Below the pieces are notes generated by a model that did not search any database, was not told the DNA's origin, and saw only the letters and a list, made by a program, of their open reading frames with translations. DNA of 64,000 bases from Octopus sinensis (taxonomy: Eukaryota). Positions 1-13,248 of this stretch are shown one piece after another (within the stretch, counting starts at the first letter, position 1; each line of letters starts with the position of its first letter). A program made the position numbers and the translations under genes. The DNA is taken from the NCBI RefSeq assembly GCF_006345805.1, contig NC_042998.1, forward strand, positions 4,774,001-4,838,000, written 5' to 3'.

Positions 1-27
1 CCAAAATTTAATTGTTTTCCATACTTA

Positions 28-195
28 GAGTTGAAAAAGTCTCAATGACTGAAGCCGGCACTGAAATGTTTCTTTTATAATATTATTTTGGCATTTTCTA
101 CATTGACTTTTTCAAAATATATCAATTCGTCTATTCCTTTTCAATCTTCTACACACACACACACACAACACACACACACACACACACACACTCTC

Positions 196-242
<47 letters not shown>

Positions 243-505
243 GAAAAAACAAGTCAAAAATAGAAAATGCTAAAATAATTTTATAGTGAACATTTCAGTA
301 CCGGTTTCGGTCATTTTGAGACCTTTTCAACTGTAACGATTAAATAATTAAATTTAGAAAAATTAGAAGAAAAGTTTTTTTAAAAGAATATTTCTATAGT
401 AGTGTTCAGATTTAAGTGGCATTCTGCCTTTCTCTGACTCCCTTGTTTGCACTTGTGTGTTCGAGGTAGTTGTGAGTTCTTGGTAGGGTAGTAGAGGGAA
501 GGCTT

Positions 506-510
<5 letters not shown>
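28..510. mobile_element. PLE pseudo-LTR-like remnant; inverted arms (~29-115 and ~245-333) around a (CA)n(TA)n microsatellite, with degenerate hammerhead motifs
   Basis: The reverse complement of 262-333 (cagttgaaaaggtctcaaaatgaccgaaaccggtactgaaatgttcactataaaattattttagcatttt) aligns with 28-100. The unit is bounded by (TA)n at 200-240 and 510-545. Confidence 0.55.
296..333 (-). ncRNA. Degenerate minimal type I hammerhead-like motif
   Basis: CAG-UUGAAAA-GGUC(UCAAAAU)GACC-GAAA-CCGG-UA-CUG: stem II and palindromic stem III (ACCGGU) are present, but the core differs from CUGANGA at two positions. Confidence 0.4.
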
Positions 511-547
<37 letters not shown>

Positions 548-3141
548 GCGGAGCGCTACAACATACAGTAAGCCTAAAAGGAGATTAGATTTGTACTCCG
601 AATTATTAAACTCTCTCCTGAAAAGGTTTCGAGTCTTCTGAAATTCATTTTGTAAATACTAGTGAGAATGACTATAGAAATATGTACAACGTGTCATTAT
701 TACTATTATACACTAAAAATTAAGATTTCGATGTCTAGTATTTTTCTGTGTCTAAATCTCAAAATTGTTTTCTTTGGCGGTAAATTCTCAAGCAGCTAAA
801 AATGAAGTGGTCGTGTTTTTAACAATAGAAAGAGTTGGAATAACCGAGTGAATGACTCCTAGAGACTGTGTACGTATTAACTGAGAACTAGTGTAGGAAG
901 AATTATAGCTTAATAAATTGAAAACGTTAATGTACTATCGGAATCCATTCGAATGTTCGACGTTGGGGGTAAAATGTAAGAAAAGTGTTGCGATTTCTAA
1001 ATTTTACTAGAGATATGTAGGATATAAATATTGCATCATTTTCTTCTGCTATCACGTACTTGTGCGGATGTTTCTGCATACATTATGTGTATGTCAATTT
1101 TACTTGCTTAGCAGGGTTGCTATTAACTTAATTATTACTACTGTTTTTAAGGACGATATTAATGTATGCGTCCACATTTATCAGTATCACATACTTAGGA
1201 TTCAGTAACTGGGATATAACATAAAGCAAGTCCTAGTTATAACTAGAATTCATGTCCTTTACTCTTTTTATGTTTGATTTGAAATCAAGCTGATATTAAA
1301 TATTCTACTTTTCTGTAAAATGCCGTATGATTTGGTAGATTTATTCTTTTATGTCCCTAGGCATTACAAAATCATGCTTCATAAAACAAACTAACCTCAT
1401 ATATTCCTGTGATTTATTTCTAAGTTATCAAGTTAAAATTTTTAGTATTATGTCTTTAAAATACGAATCAAAGTTGAAATTATAGCACTTTCCACCTTAA
1501 CTGATAAATTACATACTTTTTGATTTGTGCTAAGTGTCTTTACAAAACCAAATTCTCTATCGTTTACTGATGCCTAAATTCCTAACTCACATATATTCAT
1601 TGGGGATGTGAATGTTTATAGCATTGCATGAGTTTCATGCAGTATAGAACAGGGAACCCACTATTGGATATTGATGACTACGACATATGCGTTTTATTTG
1701 ATCACTATTACATACATTTTATTGAAATAAAAATATCTCATTCGACTCAAACAACACACAGAAGGTTTGTCTTGGACCTGAATTACTCAATCGACCCATG
1801 TTATTTTCCTTCATATGTTTATTGTCTACTGCTCGTATTTATAAAATCCACTTACGAGAACCTTTGAACACCCTGGAAGACTTATAAGTATCTTTATTAA
1901 TTTAGTTCAGATATTTCCTTGTCTATCTTTACTTTTACCTTCATCGAGTCAACAGAAACAAAATTAAATTCAAATTGCATTCGCTTTCAATTACAATTTC
2001 CCTCGCACTTATTGAAAACAAGCTGTGTATCTGTGATAAAGAAATTATTAATTTTATTCGTATCTTTAGCTTATTTTAAAACAAATGAAGTAAAATACAA
2101 CGCTGATAATAGATCTTAGTACTAAAACGTATTATAATTTATCTATGTCTCTAAATATTTATTGTTCTAAAATAAAGTTAAAAATATTTCATACTGTTCT
2201 TCTTCAAAAAGTTTACAATTTTTCAAAAGGTGTTTCTAAATTATATGAAAATGGTTTGTAACCAAAGGGAGGAAATTTACTCCTGTTTATTAGGGATGAT
2301 TTATCATTTATTTTAAATATATTTTAACGCAATATCAAAAAATAAAAATATTAAAACATTCTTAACTTACATTTTAAACATTTAATAAATTACTTTAAAT
2401 ATTAGATTTAAGCAGAAGGTGCAACTTAGCAGAGAATATAGAATTATTATGCGAAATGCTGTGATAAAAGCAAATATAATTAAAGCATCGATTTTCTCAT
2501 AGAAAAATAAAAGCAAAACTATGTTTAAGCAAATTTACAGATTGTATTGAAAGTATAATGTAACCTATAATATTTCTTAAAATATAATTTATTCTAGATC
2601 AAAAAGCCACAAATTATAAATTTTATACATTCTCTGTTTACTCGAAAGCTTTGAAAAATTTGACAAACAGTTAGTACATCAACATATGAATGAATGGATA
2701 ACCTTTCATCCTTTCAAATATGAGGAACGTTTCAATAAACTTTACGCTATGAAAGTAACACTACTTATCTGATATTTGAGTTATACAACAAGCCAATCTA
2801 AATCAGTAAATTATAGCTCTCGTATGTCTTAAATTTGAAACTTGTTATAAAGAGACCGAATTTGAAGATTAAGGCGCTGCAAGTTATTATTATATTTTAG
2901 GGGGTAAGTGATGAAATAAGAGCAATTGCGAAGTATCTACATTGTGATCAAAATAACCCTATCTACTCATATCAATTATTGTGTCATGTTCCCAACTTCT
3001 AAGCAAATATATTGAGTTGACGAATGTAATCAATATTAGAAAAGGCAAGTGTATTCAAGCTTTCCTTCCCAGCGAAATGTTAGGATGCATCTAATGGGGT
3101 TTCGAACTACTATGAAATCAAATACCATTCAGTTTCGTTAT

Positions 3142-3192
<51 letters not shown>

Positions 3193-3625
3193 ATGCGTGT
3201 GTGTGTGTATGTGAGTGCATGTGTGTGATGTGTGTGTAATATACTTTGTAGTATATTGCGGTTGCATACAAAATATGGTGTCCATACAAGTCATTAATAT
3301 GGACTTACCAACTGCCAGTAATATGTTTAATATGTAAAACTCGTATAACACTGTCATATTTAGTGGTTGTTTCAGCAATGAGTTCGTGGATGGTTAATAG
3401 GTTGAATAGGTGCTGATGAAGGAGGAGGAACTCCTAAAATATGGCATCTACACTCATACTCCTTTTTCATCATCGATCTCATTGTAGTTTACATTAGACG
3501 TACTCAGATACGAAACATCGTAACAGATCACTGCTGTCTATAAGTCCTATAGAAAACTTGAAGAGATGACCTTCACAAGTAATCCAATAGTATTTTAATG
3601 TTACTTTTGATATTTATGTCGAATA

Positions 3626-4045
3626 GGCGCAGGAGTAGCTGTGTGGTAAGTAGCTTGCTTACCAACCACATGATTCCGGGTTCAGTCCCACTGCATGGCA
3701 CTTTGGACAAGTGTCTTCTACTATAGCCTCGGCTCGATCGAAGCCTTCTGAGTAGATTTGGTAGGCGGAAACTAAAAGAAGCCCATCGTATATATGTATA
3801 TATATATAAAAAATATGTATGTGTGTGTATATGTTTGTGTGTCTGTGTTTGACCCCCCAACATCGATTGACAACCGATGCTGGTGTGTTTATGTCCCCGT
3901 AAACTAGCGGTTCGGCAAAATAGACCGATAGAATAAGTACTAGGCTTACAATGAATAAGTCTTGGGGTCGATGTGCTTGACTAAAGGCAGTGCTCCAGCA
4001 TGGCCACAGTCAAATGACTGAAACAAGTAAAAGAGTAAAAGAGTA
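3626..4045 (+). mobile_element. tRNA-derived SINE family 1, full length
   Basis: A-box-like tagctgtgtgg, B-box-like ggttcagtccc, internal (TA)/(TG) tract, (AAAGAGT)n tail; homologous to the copies at 10853, 13335/18831, 47829, 49198 and 54058. Confidence 0.85.
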
Positions 4046-4329
4046 ATACAAATATTTTTCAATTTTCTGATTTTCTATAATTTTCCTTTATACTTCCTTG
4101 TTTAATTATTTAATGTTGAGTTTCATCGTGTATAGTGTTCTTGTATTGCGCTTGGAGTTCACGCAGGTTTTATAAGGTTGACTATTTCTTGTATGTAATT
4201 GTTGTTCTACTATTTATATTTTCTTACGGGTTATGCATTCCCAAATTATCATTAATTATTTCAGGATATAAATACAGAAAGCACTTACACCGATGCCTAT
4301 GTTAAAAATCATGTTGCTGAAGAATTCTG

Positions 4330-4960
4330 AAACCTTGATTGTGTGTCTTCTTGGAAAATGTTTTACTGTGAATTTATTTTAAAGAGTATAAGAGTCATTT
4401 TCTCTTTTCCTTGAGGTGTGAGCGTGTTGCGATAACGATTGTTAGGTGCTTTGGATCTTATTGGAGATAATTTCCAAATGTGTCCGACATCTAGATGCGC
4501 AGAATGTAAAGTGATATAAGGAAAAGTGTTTTGTAGTTGGCTTGTCAGTTATAACAATCATTAAACAGCACGAACGATCCTTGTATATGTAATGAAACAG
4601 ACTCAGCTGTGAAAATGCCTGTCTAGTCTGATCTGAGATTAATTTGGTCATTGGTTACTATCTTTTACATTTCAAAGAATGCCTCCTTAGTACAGAAATG
4701 AAGTTTCTTGAAAGTATATAATAGTGCTTCATGTCAAGTTTTCGTCAAATTTAAAGTCTTCGGTTATATTTATGATGAAAGGGTGTAACAGCAATATTCA
4801 TTGTTCAACTACTTCTTCTGCAATGAGCAATATATTTCCGAGGTATTTTATATGGACGTTCCATTTTGTATTTCGTAGACTTTGTCAAACTGTGGTATAT
4901 GTTTGTAAAGCCGATACCATGACCAATTGCGACTTCTGTATTGTCTAGCTATGTTGAACC
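4330..4960 (-). pseudogene. Highly degraded RTE-clade LINE RT/thumb fragment
   Basis: Minus-strand remnants IKYLGNI and KEAFFEM*KIVTN resemble the RTE F.YLGS.I and AK.AF..M..ILT motifs; many stops. Confidence 0.35.
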
Positions 4961-5779
4961 ATACTTGGAAAGCTCCATCTCTATGTCGAAAACCGCCGAT
5001 CGAACGGTATTCAAATACTAAACATTAGATATTTTTCGTCCACTGCTCTTATTCTGTATAATCATTTTGCTAAAAAAAAAAAGGGGGCGATATTTTAGGA
5101 AAATTTAGTTGCAGTTTTTTGGGGGTTGAAAATCTACGACAAGGCTTCCTCATGTACCCATGTATAAGTGTAGATATCGATTGTAGCTGAACGAGATGTA
5201 TTGCAAGTTGGTGGGGTGGATTGCTTGTGCAAAAGTCGTTAAAGTGTTAAAAGAAAGAATCTTCGTGATAAGCCAGAAATATAAGATAAAATGCCACACA
5301 ATGTAAATGCCGAGCAAAAGTTTTGGTTCGTGAGTTAAATCGTTTCTATGTAAATACTCTTATGTTCATAAGAGATCTTCCGAGACAAAACATGAAAATC
5401 ATTTGAACACAATGACATTCAAGTAAAGGTCAAAGAATCTAATTTGCAGATTTGAGTATGTCGCAAAATGTATGGATCTAACAACTTTATGAATTAATTA
5501 AAATTATAAAAGTGACATCCATGAAAGCAGACGGAAGGTTTTTGCTGTGGTGGTGGCGTTGTCGGTGGTGTCGATGGTGGTGAGTTGACAGTAGCACAGA
5601 TGTTATTATTCTGTATCATGATCACATTACTTACTGCGACAGCAAACCAAGTGATTTTAGTTTAACGTGTCCTGTATCGATAACATTACATCATTTGATA
5701 ATATTGAACATATTGAACGGAGCCATCTAAGACTTGCTAACAGCAGCTGTGTTGGTGTTGATTCATGTATTGATGATGA

Positions 5780-5915
5780 TGTTGATGGTGGTGTTGTTGA
5801 TGATGATGATAACGAAGATGATGATGATGATTATGATGATGATGATGATTATGATGATGATGATGATGATGATTGATGATGATGATGATGATGATGATGA
5901 TTATGATGATGATGA
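5780..5915 (+). repeat. (GAT)n microsatellite
   Basis: Directly visible; explains the poly-D and poly-M ORFs. Confidence 0.95.
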
Positions 5916-6335
5916 GGAGGCGGAGGATTATATTTATATCGATGCCGTTGATGATAGTCTTGATGCTTAAAACGTACTATATTTATTTCTAAGTGTTGAG
6001 AATTGCTTCAAACAAGAGATTGGGTCTGATCACAACAATATATTTATCGTCTCTCTTCGAGTTAACCTAAAACCACATATATCGATTTAGCTGGTGCACA
6101 TTTTTTCTCTGCGCAAGTTTCCAAGCTCTCCTTTGATAATTCTCTATAAATATAGTTTTAGAAGAGCAGACGACAGCTACGATTCAGACAACCGAACGAT
6201 CTACAAACAGAAGAATACAATATTAACTCAGAGATTCACTCGTGCGTCACACTTGTCATCATGTCTCGAAGAAAATAAATATACCACATATCACCATATA
6301 AAAAGCAATACACTCATACACACAGACATATATAT

Positions 6336-6408
<73 letters not shown>

Positions 6409-6637
6409 ACTATACTAGTAGGTACGTATTTATGCACGAAGGTAAGTGTGTAATCTTGCAGACACATCGTCAAGGGGTATCCATTAGGCGGAGTTTTATA
6501 GCTATAGTGTCTAATCGATGAGATACCAACTTCACCCTTAACGAGCCCGAGTATCAGGTATAAGTCACCAAATAATCTATACAGTCGTGCACAACCATTC
6601 GCACATACATACATACATGCATACATACATAGATACA

Positions 6638-6671
<34 letters not shown>

Positions 6672-6801
6672 CATACTTACATACATACATACATACATAC
6701 ATATATACATACATAAATACTGACATGTATAGTCGCCATGATTGACCACTAAATCCACAAGTTTTTTTTTTATTCGCTTTCTGTTTATTTCCTTGTGTTC
6801 G

Positions 6802-6835
6802 TTTCTGTTGAAGAGCGTAGGCTCGAAACGTAAAA
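6802..6835 (+). ncRNA. Variant minimal hammerhead motif in a microsatellite-flanked PLE-type repeat (~6720-6925)
   Basis: UUU-CUGUUGA-A-GAGC(GUAG)GCUC-GAAA-CG-UA-AAA: 4-bp stem II, palindromic ACGU stem III, 3-bp stem I. Confidence 0.5.
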
Positions 6836-7309
6836 GACTTGGTCACCTTCACGAACGTCAAAGTAATACACCTGCTTGTTGTGTATACCTGTCTTCGTCT
6901 TTTGTTTTTCTGTAAATTTCAACTACATACATGCATACATCCATTCACTTATAGAAGAGAAAAAGTTGAACTACAGATAACTGCATTGAAACATCAAGCT
7001 TCTATAACCATATTATAAACTGACATTTATATCAGTAAAAATTGTTGCACTTGGTTTTGTGAGTAAATGCCTATATTGCAATCTGGCTATGACCCCGAAA
7101 CTGAGACTCAGTTTTCTCAGTGGAAAGCACCCCGAAACAAAATTTCAAGATATCGAATAAATCCAAGAGAATGCGACAGGGCAGTTGCTCACTCCCCCAA
7201 AAGAAGGAGATTAAAAGTCTTTTTGTAGTTTACTTTTTATAGCACCAGTCCAGCAGTAAGATTCCGCAAATTCTTCTCATGAGAATTTATCAAAACTATA
7301 TTTTTGATT

Positions 7310-7636
7310 GTGGAGGCGCAATGGCCCAGTGGTTAGGGGCGGCGGATTCGCGGTCGGAAGGTCGCGGTTTCGATTCCCAGACCGGGCGTTGTGTGTGTTT
7401 TATTGAGAGAAAATACCTAAAAAGCTCCACGAAACTCCCGCAAGGATGGTGGTGATCCCTGTTGTACTCTTTCGACACAACTTTCTCTCACCCTCTCTCT
7501 TCCTGTTTCTTGAGTAACGCTGCGATGGACTGGCGTCCCGTCCAGCTGGGTGGGGGGGGAACACATACGCCACAGAAACCGGGAAACCGGACCCATGAGC
7601 CTGGCTAGGCTTCAAAAAGGGCGACGTTTATAGTTT
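7310..7636 (+). mobile_element. tRNA-derived SINE family 3 with a V-SINE-like central domain
   Basis: A box tggcccagtgg, B box ggtttcgattcc, motif ctgcgatggactggcgtcccgtccag; TSD tata(t/a)ttttgatt at 7297-7309 and 7637-7649. Confidence 0.8.
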
Positions 7637-8638
7637 TATAATTTTGATTTAAAAAAAAATATATGCATAATGAGCACAAAATGGAATCGAACCCCAGCCA
7701 TGTGTTTGCGAGTCATATTTCTTACCCATTCGTTTCACTTGTTTGCTCACTGAAAATACGCACTGTATGATTTCATGACTTTATAAAAAATGTAAATATC
7801 TCTTTGATACTCAAGTTATACTACACTAAGCTTGCTAAAACTTTCTCTTTTATTTTCTAGACTTGGTTGATTATTCTGAGGTTTCAGTATTTTTGCCTTT
7901 CACTAGCATTAACCTTTCTCTTGTTGCACGTTATAATGACACTTGTACGCCAATTATTGCTGATTATATCTTATCACGCTACCTTTACATCATCGTCCTT
8001 TAAGTCTATCCAAAGAACCATCAATTAGAGTTGATTACACGTTTTTCATAACATATTGACTTTTTAGCGACACTTTCTTTTTGCATCATCTTCAATGATT
8101 AAAATCAAGTACTTAATGACAACGGTATGTTGAGAATAACAAAAGACATATACACACGTACACATACACGCACACGCAGATATATTTATATTAAAATATG
8201 CACACCTATATATGTATGCATATATCCCTTATATAATATATTTATACATACATATGCATTTATACATATATATAGATAGATAGATACACATACGTATGCG
8301 TGTATGTGTGTATATATATGTAAATATGTTTATATATATGTATATACGTGTGTATATATGTATGTATGTATTTATGTATATAATATGTGTGTTCATGTCT
8401 GTTCACCATTAGTTGCTGACCCAGTTCCCTAAAAGTTTCACTTATTTTGACTCTCAAATCTATCTGAAGGTTCACTGAGATATTGACCGATCGGTTCTCA
8501 GACGTTTACGTTTAGCAAGTGCTAAAAACACACCAAGACTAAAAATAAGATCTTTTAAAAGGATGTCCGAACGTAGTGCATGTTAAATGACTGTGTAACT
8601 ATAGCACAGGTTCTCAAAAATTGCGGGTTGATATCTGG

Positions 8639-8944
8639 AAATGTTTGTTCCTTCGCGAGCCATGCCTGGCTCATAAGGGCCGGTTTCCCGGTTTCCTTGG
8701 CGTATAAGTTCCCCACCTGGACGGGACACCGGTCCGTCGCAGGAGAGCTGCAAGATGCAGGAAGAAAGAATGAGAGAAAGTTGTGGCGAAAGAGTCAGCA
8801 GAAATTCGCCATTACCTTCTGCCGGAGCCGCGTGAAGCTTAGGTGTTTCACTCATAAGCACACACATCGCCCGGTCTGAAGTTCGAGCGCGCGATCCCAA
8901 GACTGCGAGTCCGCTGCACTAACCACTAGACCATGTGCCTCCAC
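8639..8944 (-). mobile_element. SINE family 3, second copy
   Basis: Homologous to 7310-7636; 10-bp TSD tgatatctgg at 8629-8638 and 8945-8954. Confidence 0.8.
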
Positions 8945-9248
8945 TGATATCTGGTATGCTGGAAGACCACTGGGAGTGAGGTACCCCTCAACATTTATTC
9001 AAACATTTCTAGGGGTAGGTCACTCTGATATGAATCCTGATATGCAGGGAATGGCATTAAGCATCTTTGGTATCTTTTTCTTGCCCTTGAGATGAAGGCG
9101 CCCTGGCATTACTGTAAGTGCGACGCATAGTGGCACTGCATATACACACACACGCGCGAACACTCAAGCACACGCATGCACGCACGCACGCACACACACA
9201 TACACACATACATGTACATATATATATATATATATGTACATGTATGTA

Positions 9249-9306
<58 letters not shown>

Positions 9307-9312
9307 CATATG

Positions 9313-9348
<36 letters not shown>

Positions 9349-9649
9349 CAGACAGAGAGAGAGAGAGACAGACAGAGAGAGAGAGAGCGTGAGAGTAGTT
9401 TTATACTGTCAACTTAATGTGAGAATCTCATGAAAGGAATCACACCACTGCTCTTTAGCCCTAGGAAGCATCAACGCTTCCTGTCGGCCTTGACTCATTT
9501 CGTGTGTCCTTATGTTTATAAGGGGGAGACAAGCACCTCGACCCAGCTAAGCCTGCATCCAGAGACTAGTTTCTGACAAGTTTCTAACAGGCCATGCTAC
9601 TCCAGTCTGATGACGAGCAAAGACTAAATCTATGTATGTATATATATAT

Positions 9650-9742
<93 letters not shown>

Positions 9743-9743
9743 G

Positions 9744-9775
<32 letters not shown>

Positions 9776-9920
9776 TAGAGGGCATTATACATACATGCGA
9801 GAAGGCATTATACATACATGCCAAACGCTAAGAGGGACAATTAGTCATTTCTACCAAAAATATTACTAATCCCACCGAATGCAATTTTTCAAAGTAAGAC
9901 ATTTAAAAAAAAAAAATATA

Positions 9921-9966
9921 GATCTGTATCACAGTGATTTCATACTTACGTACTCATCAGCAGGCC
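9921..9966 (-). ncRNA. Type I hammerhead ribozyme (inverted copy; one stem I mismatch)
   Basis: Reverse complement GGCCUG CUGAUGA GUAC GUAA GUAU GAAA UCAC UGUGAU A CAGAUC. Confidence 0.7.
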
Positions 9967-10297
9967 TGAATGTATTATAAATAAACAACGACCCTGCCCC
10001 GCTTAAGCCGATCAGCTAACTGCTCAACATCAACGAAGCACATGGGTGAGTTTACATATATTACATCCGGATAAATGGCAAACTTTTACGAATTGCATTT
10101 CGGGAGAGGAAAGTTTTTTCGGAATAAAAATTTAGCAATTAAGGACAACTACTTAATAAGGAAAACTTAACAAGAAATTGTCAGGTAGATAGCGTAAAAA
10201 CCTCATAAGAGAAAGAATTTCGAAAATAATTATTTCTTATTGAACATATTAATTTATATATAGAGGGCAGGGTCGTTGTTTATTTATAATACATTCA

Positions 10298-10343
10298 GGC
10301 CTGCTGATGAGTACGTAAGTATGAAATCACTGTGATACAGGTC
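10298..10343 (+). ncRNA. Type I hammerhead ribozyme with canonical core
   Basis: GGCCUG/CAGGUC stem I, CUGAUGA, GUAC/GUAU stem II with GUAA loop, GAAA, near-palindromic stem III AUCAC-U-GUGAU, predicted cleavage after A10337. Confidence 0.85.
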
Positions 10344-10444
10344 TATATTTTTTTTTTTTTTTAAATGTCTTACTTTGAAAAATTGCATTCGGTGGGATTA
10401 GTAATATTTTTGGTAGAAATGACTAATTGTCCCTCTTAGCGTTT

Positions 10445-10535
10445 GGCATGTATGTATAATGCCTTCTGGCATGTATGTATAATGCCTTCTGGCATGTATG
10501 TATAATGCCTTCTGGCATGTATGTATAATGCCCTC
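10445..10535 (+). repeat. 23-bp minisatellite GGCATGTATGTATAATGCCTTCT x4 (x2 in the inverted arm, 9780-9822)
   Basis: Directly visible; each unit contains the GGCAT...ATGCC inverted repeat. Confidence 0.9.
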
Positions 10536-10660
10536 TATATATAAATTAATATGTTCAATAAGAAATAATTATTTTCGAAATTATTTCTCTTATGAGGTTT
10601 TTACGCTATCTACCTGACAATTTCTTAAGTTTTCCTTATTAAGTAGTTGTCCTTAATTGC

Positions 10661-10852
<192 letters not shown>

Positions 10853-11286
10853 GGCGTAGGATTGGCTGTGTGGTAAGTAGCTTGCTAACCAACCACATGG
10901 TTCCGGGTTCATTTCCACTGCGTGGCATCTTAGGCAAGTGTCATCTGCTATAGCCCCGGGCCGACCAAAGCCTTGTGAGTGGATTTGGTAGACGGAAACT
11001 GAAAGAAGCCTGTCGTATATATGTATATATATATATAAGTGTCTGTGTATATGTTTGTGTGTCTGTGTTTGTCCCCCTAGCATTGCTTGACAACCGATGC
11101 TGGTGTGTTTACGTCCCCGTCACTTAGCGGTTCGGCAAAAGAAACCGATAGAATAAGTACTGGACTTACAATGAATAAGTCCCGGGGTCGATTTGTTCGA
11201 CTAAAGGCGGTGCTCCAGCATGGCCGCAATCAAATGACTGAAACAAGTAAAAGAGTAAAAGATTAAAAGAGTAAAGAGTAAGAGTA
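10853..11286 (+). mobile_element. SINE family 1, full length (reference for the empty Tx1 site)
   Basis: Contains uninterrupted tggtaagtagcttgctaaccaaccacatgg. Confidence 0.85.
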
Positions 11287-11877
11287 TACATACATATATG
11301 TGTGTGTGTATGTTTGTTTGTGTGTGTGTGTGTGCGCGCGCACGCATAACATGTGAATATATATGTGTATGTTTATATAACTCGTAGAAATCTTAAAGTC
11401 TAATCTAATTTGGGAAATATATGATTTAGCTTTTCTCTGAAAAGTTTACATTAATGGAGGTTATAACATTTTCTGTTTGTAACTAGAAAGCGAGAGAGAT
11501 CACTCGGATTAATTTCGAAGTTATTAGCACCTCATCAGATATCGGTTGCTGATCTTCCGTCCAGACAGAGAGGCAATATTTGCTAGTAACTATTTATTAT
11601 TTACACCAAAACATAGAGAACAAATATACCTCCCTCATCTTTTAAACTTTGAAACGCCGGTAACTCCAATGAATTATTTAAAAAGAACGTGCTACTAGGT
11701 GATCAGGTTACGGAAGTTATACCTGACATATCTGTATATCTATAAGAAATGTAAATCTAATAATATTATCTTATACAGAGGGATTCACAAGCAAGCACAC
11801 CTATACATATAATCCCGCATACATACTCAGTCGACGATTAACTGAATGAACACTCTATAATTAACATATTTCTTCTT

Positions 11878-12452
11878 GGCACTGGCTTCATATTATGTAT
11901 GGTGGCTGCCCCCTCGTTATCGAGTATGACCATTGCACGAAGCTTAATCAATGTTGTTATCATGCAATGCCTGTGCAAGAAATTTTTTTTTTAAGGGAGG
12001 AAAGGCTGTGCACTGAGTCAATCCCACTCACTAAGTAACAGCAGCCATAATCCGAAAAAAAGTACAAGTCAACATCATCGGTAACCACTGAGCCGCAGGT
12101 TTTATGTCGGAGTTATCCCAGTTACCTGAGTTACCTTCTCCTAGAAGGATGCCATAACAAAGGCTAGGAGTCCTTCACTCTCAATGGTTTGACCGCGCGA
12201 TAGGGTATTCAGTCCGATTATTTCTATGTCCCCGCACATGATACATCCTTAAGACATTTATTGGATAGCAGTTGACTCTCAAGAGTTCCTCCACCATTTG
12301 ACGAGTTTTGTTTTTCATCCCGCAGGGTGTCCAATAAACACCCTCCTCACCAAGCAAGCTTGGTGGGGTTGCCGGTTTAGTCGCCGACGACCCGACCATG
12401 CAACAGGTTGTACTGGGTTACATGTTACCAGTAGCACTCGAAAGTGACCTGA
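11878..12452 (-). mobile_element. Probable RTE-type LINE 5' region remnant
   Basis: Minus-strand ctagcctttgttatggcatccttctaggagaaggtaactc resembles the ctagccttgg...ctaggagaagg(a/t)aactc motif recalled from RTE 5' ends; GC-rich and hairpin-rich. Confidence 0.35.
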
Positions 12453-13132
12453 CATATCATATTATGAATATATATCATATAATATATATGTATACATATC
12501 ATATTATGCATATATACATATATACACACACATATATACACACATATATTTACATATATATACATAGTTATACACACATACATACATACATACATACATA
12601 CACACGCAGGCACACACACACACATATACGAAAGAGACTTGATGTGTAAACCGTAACAATGCAAGGAAATGAAATAAAATATGAAAAGAAAACAAAACAA
12701 AGAAATTTTACCTTTTGTTTTACCTTACGATTCTATTTTATGGGGGTGTGACCCCTTCTTTCCAACATGTGGAAAAGCGAGAGATGGAAAAGGTCGTTTT
12801 GCTCAGATATGTGATGTAGGAAGGTGATGTGTGCAGACAGGTATTGCAACAGTAACCAGTCTTCTTCATATATATGTGAATATATTTGCATGGAAAGTTG
12901 CCTATGTAAATAAAAAACGAATGATTTAACCAAGCTCTATCTTTACAGCTGTTTCGAATTACCAATGATTGGTGCGATAAACATGTATGTTACGTAATAA
13001 GGAACGATAATATCGATGTTTATCACAAGAAATCATGGTACTCTCGTCAAGACATTCTGACGAATATTGTAGTATGGAACATTGTTTATAAAGCATATCA
13101 CTTCAACTGGAAGGTCCTTATATTCAGATACA

Positions 13133-13248
<116 letters not shown>

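Noticed and set aside
10445-10535. Palindromic 23-bp repeats as a possible CRISPR array
   Set aside because: Units are directly adjacent with no spacers, in a eukaryotic context.
11500-11545. CUGAUGA...GAAA-UUAA-UC on the minus strand
   Set aside because: Stem II is poor and stem I cannot form; at best a heavily decayed hammerhead.
12330-12440. Possible HDV-like ribozyme at the putative RTE 5' end
   Set aside because: The nested double pseudoknot could not be assembled by hand; a covariance-model search is needed.
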